Shown here in pieces: positions 1 through 7,118 of a DNA stretch of 9,081 nucleotides. Under the pieces are notes generated by a model. That model was not told the DNA's origin and did no database searches. It was given only the letters and a program-made list of their open reading frames with translations. The DNA is from Octopus sinensis (taxonomy: Eukaryota): contig NW_021827954.1 in assembly GCF_006345805.1 (NCBI RefSeq), positions 1 to 9,081 of the forward strand. The letters are read 5' to 3'. A program made the translations under genes and the position numbers. Within the stretch, counting starts at the first letter, position 1. Each line of letters starts with the position of its first letter.

Positions 1-39
1 TGCACTTGGATAAAGTATCTGTATGCATGTGTTACTATA

Positions 40-40
<1 letters not shown>

Positions 41-87
<47 letters not shown>

Positions 88-185
88 TGTATGTTGTGTA
101 TATAATATATATATCTATACATATAATATATATATCTATATATGTATATATGTATATATATATATATATACATTATATATATATG
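41..185. repeat. (TA)n-rich compound microsatellite
   Basis: Near-continuous TA dinucleotides with occasional C/G interruptions, read directly. Confidence 0.95.
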
Positions 186-299
186 CATTTGTGTAGGAAG
201 AGAGAAAGCACGTGTTAGGGCGATCACATCAGCTGCACTGATGTGCACCATATGGCATGTTGGATAATTATGGTTGAGAGTTACCAGAGTGGAAAGATT

Positions 300-430
300 A
301 GTAGTGGTGGTCATGGCAGTGTTTACATTGTGCTATTGTTGTTATTGTTGTTGTTTATGTTGTTGTTATTGTTGTTGTTTATGTTGTTGTTGGTGGTGGT
401 GGAGGTGGTGGTGGTCGTGGTGGTGGTGTA
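300..430. repeat. Degenerate (GGT)n/(TGT)n trinucleotide tract
   Basis: Runs of gttgttatt/gttgttg followed by ggtggtggt; explains the poly-L/V and poly-P ORFs. Confidence 0.9.
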
Positions 431-552
431 AGCATTATATCTATCACTAATGCTCTGGATTTCTGCACAGTAGCCTGACCTTTTAAAAATAGCAGCCGAA
501 TCTCCCTCAAATCACACTTTACTCTCTTTTCTATCCACCCCGCCTCTCCCTC

Positions 553-577
553 CTCTCTCTCTCTCTCTCTCTCTCTC
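553..577. repeat. (CT)n microsatellite
   Basis: About 12 perfect CT units. Confidence 0.95.
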
Positions 578-597
578 ACTGTATATATATGGATGCA

Positions 598-968
598 TAT
601 TCTTTTATTTTTTTATTCTTTTACTTGTTTCGGTCATTTGACTGTGGCCATGCTGGAGCACCATTTTAAGGGGTTTTAAGTCGAACAAATCAACCCCAGG
701 ACTTACTGGACTCTTTTGCCGAACTGCTAAGTTATGGGGATATAAACACACCAACATCGGTTGTTAAGCGATGGAGTGGGGGAACAAACACAGACCCCGA
801 AATACATACACACACACACACACACATGATGGGCTTCTTTCAGTTTCCATCTACTAAATCCACTCACAAGGCTTTGGTCAGCCTGAGGCTATAATAGAAG
901 ACACTTGCCCGAGGTGCCACACAGTGGGACTGAACCTGGAACCATGTGGTTGGTAAGCAAGCTACCTT
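598..968 (-). mobile_element. SINE family A copy A1 (head lacks A box, internal deletion, CpG-decayed)
   Basis: Colinear with 2194-2625 and 4868-5271. Has the tail (tattctttta), body, CA tract and B box gggactgaacc. It stops after gcaagctac. Roughly 30 nt are missing between ggacttac and ctcttttgccgaa. Confidence 0.9.
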
Positions 969-1243
969 ATTTCATTGAATTGGCCATACAGGCCTTGCAT
1001 AGAAGCAGCTGCAGGCTGGACAAAACAGAAGATGAATGAAGGACAAAGAAAATAATGAAATTGGTGAGGGAAAACAAGCGCCGCCCGCCGATCGCTGCTT
1101 CCTTGAAACATTGTTCTTTTTTTTTCTAACAACTGAGGTTATAAACCTCATATTTTAATTCAATTTGACCCAAGGTCCTTACAAATGAGGCAATAAGCTT
1201 CTTACCCTCTCTCTCCTCTCTTTCGGAGAGGCACTGAGCAGCT

Positions 1244-1420
1244 ACACGCACACATACACACACAGTCGGCAACTTAACTCTTCCACCTACCGAATTCAAT
1301 CACAAAGCTCCGGTCGGCTCGGGGCTATAGTGGAAGACACCTACTCAAAGTGCCACGCAGTGGGACTGAACCCGAAACCATGTAGCTAGGAAGCAAGCTC
1401 CCTGACCACACAGCCATGCC
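1244..1420 (-). mobile_element. SINE family A-related copy A2 (5' half only, variant head)
   Basis: Contains gtgggactgaacccg (B box) and ccacacagcca (A box) and aligns to the head half of A4/A5. It ends in a CA tract with no 3' body or tail. Confidence 0.8.
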
Positions 1421-1452
1421 CATATATATATATACATATATAAGTACATACA

Positions 1453-1821
1453 TACTCTTTTACTTGTTTCAGTCATTTTGACTGTGGCCATGCTGGGGCA
1501 CCGCCTTTAGTCGAACAAATCGACCCCAGGACTTATTTTTTGTAAGCCTAGTACTTATTCTATCGGTCTCTTTTGCCGAACCGCTAAGTTACGGGGAATA
1601 AAAATAGATATATATAAATATATAAAAAATAGATATATATATATAAAAATAGATATATATAAATATATGACAGGCTTCTTTCAGTTTCTGTCTACCAAAT
1701 CCACTCACAAGGTTTTGGTTGGCCTTGTGGTAGAAGACAGTTGGTCAAGATGCCACACAATGGGACTGAACCTGGAACCATGTAACTAGAAAGCAAGCTC
1801 CCTAACCACGCAGCCATGCCT
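1453..1821 (-). mobile_element. SINE family A copy A3 (middle replaced by AT minisatellite)
   Basis: 1453-1596 is nearly identical to the A4/A5 3' halves. 1669-1821 is a more diverged head half with the A2-type end (cagccatgcc). Confidence 0.88.
1598..1668. repeat. AT-rich minisatellite, 3 units of about 21-24 nt
   Basis: ataaaaatagatatatataaatat / ataaaaaatagatatatatat / ataaaaatagatatatataaatat. Confidence 0.85.
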
Positions 1822-2154
1822 ATTTTTCATAAATTAGCCATATGCCCCCACAGTACGAGGCACTAAAAGCCTCTTAATTTTTTCCATTATTTTCCGCCCC
1901 GCCGGCACCCGACCAGGCTCAATGCTTCACTCAAGCACCTTGGTGGGACTAGGTCGGGGTGCTTCAGCAGGAATCGAGACGTGTCTTTGGGGAAGGAGTT
2001 CATCACCTTTTACAAATTGGTATCCCACACAACCTCCACAGCTCCCTGCGGAGGCCAATCAAGGTCATTAGTACAGGTGAGAACCTGGTGATGGTTCCTA
2101 TACCAAATATCGTAACTGTCAGTGCTGGCTCTAAATTCTATAGACCATCTGTAG

Positions 2155-2193
2155 AAATAACTTCAAAAACTCAGTTTATATATGTGTATATAT
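2155..2193. repeat. Target-site duplication, left copy (39 nt)
   Basis: aaataacttcaaaaactcagtttatatatgtgtatatat is identical to 2641-2679 and abuts the SINE tail. Confidence 0.9.
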
Positions 2194-2625
2194 ACTCTTT
2201 TACTCTTTTACTTGTTTCAGTCATTTGACTGTGGCCATGCTGGAGCACCGCCTTTAGTCGAGCAAATCGACCCCGGGACTTATTCTTTGGAAGCCCAGTA
2301 CTTATTTTATCGGTCTCTTTTGCCAAACCGCTAAGTGACGGGGACGTAAACACACCAGCATCGGTTGTCAAGCAATGCTAGGGGGACAAACACACACACA
2401 CAAATACACACACAAACACACACACAAACACACACACATACATATATATATACATATATACGACAGGCTTCTTTCAGTTTCCGTCTACCAAATCCACTCA
2501 CAAGGCTTTGGTCGGCCCGGGGCTATAGCAGAAGACACTTGCCCAAGGTGCCATGCAGTGGGACTGAACCCGGAACCATGTGGTTGGTAAGAAAGCTACT
2601 TACCACACAGCCACTCCTGCGCCTA
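2194..2625 (-). mobile_element. Full-length tRNA-headed SINE family A copy A4 (probably young)
   Basis: The minus strand reads ggcgcaggagTGGCTGTGTGG...GGTTCAGTCCC, giving an A-box-like motif at 2603-2613 and a B-box-like motif at 2560-2570, each with one mismatch to the tRNA consensus. It has an internal CA/TA tract, a 3' hairpin cagtca-tt-tgactg and a (TAAAAGAG)n tail. It is flanked by a 39-nt direct repeat. Confidence 0.93.
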
Positions 2626-2640
2626 TGAATAAATAAGTAT

Positions 2641-2679
2641 AAATAACTTCAAAAACTCAGTTTATATATGTGTATATAT
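2641..2679. repeat. Target-site duplication, right copy (39 nt)
   Basis: Identical to 2155-2193; separated from the SINE head by 15 extra nt (2626-2640). Confidence 0.9.
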
Positions 2680-2949
2680 GTGTGTTTGTGGGAAAGCGTT
2701 TGTATTGCCCCCCCCCCACACCGACCATCATGTGTGTTCCCTGACTGTAAACAAAGGCCTTGATGCTCATATAGATAGGATAAGGTGCATGCAGCTTAGA
2801 TTTTGGTTTCTCGGCCTGGCATGACATTGTTGTCTGATCTTTGTAAACAAAAGGTTCGTTCATACGGCACCGTTTGTTTCTATTCGTAAAGTATTGAGTG
2901 CATCAAAAATTATCATGCCCAGGCTGTTGGTTGTACAACAGACTGAGCC

Positions 2950-3081
2950 TGGGTGGTTATTACTTTGTTTCAAGTCAAAGGTTAGGGTCGGTGTCAGGGA
3001 GAGCATCCAGTCGCAGAAAACTCTGTCTGAACATAGCTTTGTCAGATGCACACAGACATAGATAAGTGGACATTAAAACAA
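2950..3081 (+). mobile_element. Old retroposon relic, family D copy D1 (3' part)
   Basis: ggtcggtgtcagggagagcatccagtcgcagaaaa (2986-3020) matches the module at 6432-6465 (reverse complement). The terminus ataagtggacattaaaacaa (3062-3081) is 18/20 identical to the reverse complement of 8715-8734, with matching spacing. The 5' boundary is uncertain. Confidence 0.65.
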
Positions 3082-3262
3082 CAATAACAACGGCGAGGAC
3101 CACGACCACCATGTTAATGATGATGATGATGACAATGATGATGACGATGATGATGATGACGACGATGACGATGATGATGATGATAACGACGACAATGATG
3201 ATGATGATGACAATGACGACGATGATGATGATGATGATGATGACGACAATGACAATGATGAA

Positions 3263-3294
<32 letters not shown>

Positions 3295-3307
3295 CGATAG
3301 CAATGGC

Positions 3308-3340
<33 letters not shown>

Positions 3341-3629
3341 GGTGGTGGTGATGGCGTGATGATGATGATGACGATGCTGATGATGATGGTGATGATGATG
3401 ATGAGGAGGAGGATGATGGTGATGACGATGATGATGATGATGGTGATGACGACGATGATGATGATGATGATGATGATGACGACGACGACGACAATGATGA
3501 TGATGATGGCGATGGCAATGATGAAGGTGATGATGATGATGACGGCAACGATGATGATGATGATGATGAGGAGGAGGATGGTGACGACGATGATGATGAT
3601 GAGGAGGATGGTGACGACGATGATGATGA
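3082..3629. repeat. About 0.55-kb (ATG)n/(ACG)n trinucleotide tract with embedded (GGT)n and (AGG)n
   Basis: Read directly. A short degenerate AAC/ACC lead-in (3082-3114) precedes the ATG units. Source of the poly-M/S/H/I ORFs. Confidence 0.97.
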
Positions 3630-3776
3630 AGACCGCAATGCCAATGACAATGCTAATTTCCAATAACAATGCCAACAGAGAAGGAAAACAATCTCTGACC
3701 ACAGAATTAATCAATGGCGCCGAGAGACCAAAACGACAAAAATATAATTAATGAAGTGTTTGGCTTTGTCTTGTTA

Positions 3777-3778
<2 letters not shown>

Positions 3779-3807
<29 letters not shown>
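3779..3807. repeat. (CT)n microsatellite
   Basis: About 14 TC units with one interruption. Confidence 0.93.
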
Positions 3808-3926
3808 GTTTAGGAAAATTAATTTTCAATAAATACAAGAATTCAATGTTCCATTCAAAAGCGAAATCTTCCATGAAAGTCAGCAGATTCCATTTCAAGA
3901 ATTTTCACCATTTATTGACGGTTTTT

Positions 3927-4140
3927 CCGTCAAAGTCGTTAACACGCTGGACGAAATGCTTGGCGGTATTTCGTCTGCCCTTACGTCCCGTGTTCAAATT
4001 CCACCGAGGGTGACTTTTGCCTTTCATCCTTTCGGGGTCGATAAATTAAGTACCAGTTGCATATTGGGGTCAACATAATCAACTGGCTCCTTCCCCCAAA
4101 ATTTGGGGCCTTGTGCCTAGGGTAGAAAACAATATTTATT
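3927..4140 (+). mobile_element. SINE family B copy B1 (degenerate 5' end)
   Basis: Colinear with 4146-4361. Contains the hairpin gacgaaat...atttcgtc, a B-box-like gttcaaattcc, the core gcctttcatcctttcggggtcgataaattaagtaccag and the end ggccttgtgcctagggtagaaa. Confidence 0.88.
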
Positions 4141-4145
4141 CTTTA

Positions 4146-4361
4146 AAGGCAGGGGGAGCCGGCAGAAACATTAGCACGCCGGGCGAAATGCTTAGCAGTA
4201 TTTCGTCTGTCTTTATGTTCTGAGTTCAAATTCCACTGAGGTCGACTTTGCCTTTCATCCTTTTGGGGTCGATAAATTAAGTACCAGTTAAATTCTGGGG
4301 CTGATGTAATTGACTGGCCCCCTCCCCCAAACTTTCAGGCCTTGTGCCTATAATAGAAAGG
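4146..4361 (+). mobile_element. SINE family B copy B2 (full length)
   Basis: Starts ggcagggggagccggcagaa (A-box-like) and has a B-box-like gttcaaattcc at 4224-4234, with the same core and end as B1. Confidence 0.9.
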
Positions 4362-4420
4362 TTTTTCCATCCTGTCATCAATACAATGACTCAAAAGGAT
4401 TGGATGAGCCAGGGGATTCT

Positions 4421-4628
4421 TTTCTATTCTAGGCACAATGCCCAAAATCTTTTGGGGTGGGTGGGGGTCAATCGATTAGATCGACCCAGTACACAACTGG
4501 TACTTAAATTATCAACCCCAAAAGGATGAAAAGCAAAGTCGACCTCAGAGAAATTTGAACTCAGAACATAAAGACAGACAAAATACTACTAAGCATTTTG
4601 CCTGGTGTGCTAACGATTCTACCAGCTC
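4421..4628 (-). mobile_element. SINE family B copy B3 (inverted relative to B1/B2)
   Basis: The reverse complement aligns to B2. By hand count there are 14 mismatches over 134 nt against 4156-4289. Confidence 0.9.
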
Positions 4629-4630
4629 TA

Positions 4631-4720
4631 CTTTGGTATGATTTCTATAAGCTGGATGCCCTTCCTGATGCCCACTACTTTAGAGAGCGTATCGGGGGAT
4701 TTTTATGTGGTTCTGACACC
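4631..4720 (-). mobile_element. Family C relic C2
   Basis: tttctataagctggatgcccttcctgatgcccact (4642-4676) matches 6432-6467. The element may extend to about 4867 and beyond A5, but that cannot be shown within the window. Confidence 0.65.
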
Positions 4721-4867
4721 AAAGAGGTCACCAATGAAGATTCAAGACAAGAGCCCACCTCACCTGTAGAATTGGGGATTGTATTAAGAAAGGTGTATTT
4801 GAACCAGGTGATGAGAGGTTCAAGTATGATAGCAGGGGCACGAATAGGTGTGTTGCTGTTGAGGAGA

Positions 4868-5271
4868 TACTCTTTTACTCTTTTACTTCTTTCAGTCATT
4901 TGACTGTGGCCATGCTGGAGCACCGCCTTTTAGTCGAGCAAATTGACCCCAGGACTTATTCTTTGTAAGCCTAGTACTTATTTTCTATCGGTCTCTTTTG
5001 CTGAACCGCTAAGTTACGGGGACACAAACACATTACCATCAGTTGTCAAGCAATGTTGGGTGGACAAACACAGACACACAAACATATATATATATATACA
5101 TATATGTGATGGGCTTCTTTCAGTTTCCATCTACCAAATCCACTCACAAGGCTTTGGTCAGCCCGAGGCTATAGTAAAAGACACTTGCCCAAGGTGCCAC
5201 GCAGTGGGACTGAACCCGGAACCATGTGGTTCGTAAGCAAGCTACTTACCACACAGCCACTCCTGCGCCTA
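4868..5271 (-). mobile_element. Full-length SINE family A copy A5
   Basis: Colinear with A4, with A box 5249-5259, B box 5206-5216 and a (TAAAAGAG)n tail. Several CpG>TpG/CpA changes; no clear TSD. Confidence 0.93.
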
Positions 5272-6312
5272 AACCAGTTGGGAAAGATAAAGGAGAGGAG
5301 AAAGAGGGAGAAAATGATGGTGAAGTTTTGTTGAGTTAGAGGCAGGTAACTATAGATGAAGTGATACGGAGGATTGGACAGAGTGAGTGAGTTGGATGGT
5401 TTTGAATCCCTGTCGCATTCTAAAGATCAAAAATTGAATTGATTAAATATGGGGTTGATCAAATTATGCATAATTGACACATTGCAGCATTTTGAGGTAA
5501 ACCATTCTTAATGAAACATATGTAGTTGATTAAATCACGAATAACTCTCTCTCACTACATGTCTGTGTTCGTTTATGTGTGTGTGTGTATGTGCATGCAG
5601 GCATGAGTGCATGCATGTGTATGTGTGTGTGGGAAGTTCAGAAAATGTAATTTGCATTTTTCAGCTTCATATAACATATGCATGTTTCTAGAAGCCAATT
5701 ACCACGTTTACGCAACTTATCAGCACACTTCCTCAGTATTGACAGCCAGACAAATTATATGCAATCTTATGTTTATTGCACGTCCTTATATCTTCTAGTC
5801 ATGCATATTACGTGGTAACAAGGTGGAATAACAGAATAGAAAGTGATAGAATAGAAACTAAGGGAACAAATTTAAGACGAGAATAAAAAGGGGAAGAACA
5901 GTAACAGATATACACATACATGCACCACACAAATACCCATTTACACTCGCACACATGCATTTACATACATGTGTATATTTAAGAAAAGGAAGAAAAGAAG
6001 AGCTTTGGTTTACAGTAGTAACACCAACAAAAACAGTAACTAAATTATCGGTATATACCAAGGAATAAATTGAAGACAGTATGTGTGTCTGGCTTGACGT
6101 TTTTATGGTGTTTGGGTCGGACACGGCATTCAGGTATTGTTTTGGTTTATATGTCCATAAATCAAAGTCGTTCAAAGGGTGTGTGGCAATGGGTGTACGT
6201 GTGCGTATATTTACATATACTCACATGCACACAGTCACACAATCATAAACACGCATGCATACTTGTGTAGATGTGTGCGTGAGTGTATCTGTATGTATGT
6301 GTGTTAGTATAT

Positions 6313-6471
6313 ATCATCATCATCATCATCTCATCATTAGCGTCCGCTTTCCATGCTAGCATGGGTTGGACGGTTCAACTGGGGTCTGTGAAGCTGGAAG
6401 GCTTCATCAGGCCCAGTCAGATCTGGCAGTGTTTCTACGGCTGGATGCCCTTCCTAACGCCAACCACTCCG
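6313..6471 (-). mobile_element. Family C copy C1 (3' part with short (ATG)n tail)
   Basis: The minus strand reads gtggttggcgttaggaagggcatccagccgtagaaa...catgctagcatggaaagcggacgctaatgatgagatgatgat. It shares the module with C2, D1 and D2 and ends in a short triplet tail. It is truncated at a (TA)n run. Confidence 0.8.
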
Positions 6472-6545
6472 TATATATATATATATATATACACACACAC
6501 TACATACATACACACATGTACACTCCCATGTATATGAGCCAAAAC

Positions 6546-7118
6546 ATCATCATCATCAGCACCACTACCAACACCACCACCACCACTACTACCCCAACTA
6601 CTATCACCACCACTACCACCACCAATACCACTGCCACCCCCACCACTACCATCCCCACCACTACCATCCCCACCACTGCCACCATCACCACCACTACCAC
6701 CACCACTACTACCACCACTACCTCAACTACTACTACCACCATCACCACCACTACCACCACCACTACCACTGCCACCATCACCACCACTACCACCACCACT
6801 ACTACCACCACTACTACCATCCCCACTACCTCAACTACTACTACCACCATCACCACCACTACCACCACCACTACCACTGCCACCATCACCACCACTATCT
6901 CAACTACTACCACCACCACCACCATGCCTCAACTACTACCACCACCATCACCACTACCACCAGCACCACCACTACCACTACTACCACCACTACTACCACC
7001 ACCACCACCACTACCCCCCACACTATCACCAGCACCAGCACCACCACTACCACTACTACCACCTCCACTACCTCAACTACCACCACCACCACCATTACCA
7101 CCACCACCACCACCACCC
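6546..7118. repeat. About 0.57-kb (ACC)n/(ACT)n trinucleotide tract with higher-order duplication
   Basis: Read directly; 6721-6789 is identical to 6829-6897. Confidence 0.97.

Noticed and set aside
484-530. aaaatagcagccgaatctccctcaaatcacac as a fragment of another octopus repeat
   Set aside because: It looks familiar from memory only and has no second copy in the window, so it cannot be supported here.
1919-2071. Plus-frame peptide SSSPFTNWYPTQP resembling a C-type lectin NW..xQP motif
   Set aside because: The frame hits a stop soon after, the downstream conserved Cys pattern is absent and there is no good donor before the stop; probably chance.
2540-2625. tRNA gene call for family A and B heads
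   Set aside because: The A and B boxes are mismatched, no clean cloverleaf is evident, and the heads are fused to repeated bodies. They are tRNA-derived SINE heads, not tRNAs.
2657-3051. Two minus-strand ORFs coupled by an ATGA overlap at 2860-2863
   Set aside because: This looks like prokaryotic translational coupling, but the context is eukaryotic repeat DNA, the upstream ORF overlaps relic D1, and neither short peptide is recognisable.
3066-3751. Poly-Met/Ser/His/Ile ORFs on both strands
   Set aside because: Translation of the (ATG)n tract; no coding evidence.
598-5271. Strand bias of family A (five copies on minus)
   Set aside because: A sixth fragment at 8970-9019 is on the plus strand; 5 of 6 is not significant.
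598-5271. Recurrent near-identical segments as a CRISPR-like array
   Set aside because: The repeats are 200-430-nt dispersed SINE copies with irregular spacing; there is no repeat-spacer periodicity and no cas genes.
4855-5301. Target-site duplication for A5 (gttgaggaga versus gttgggaaaga or gaggaga)
   Set aside because: The similarity is short and degenerate and not flush with the head, in purine-rich sequence.
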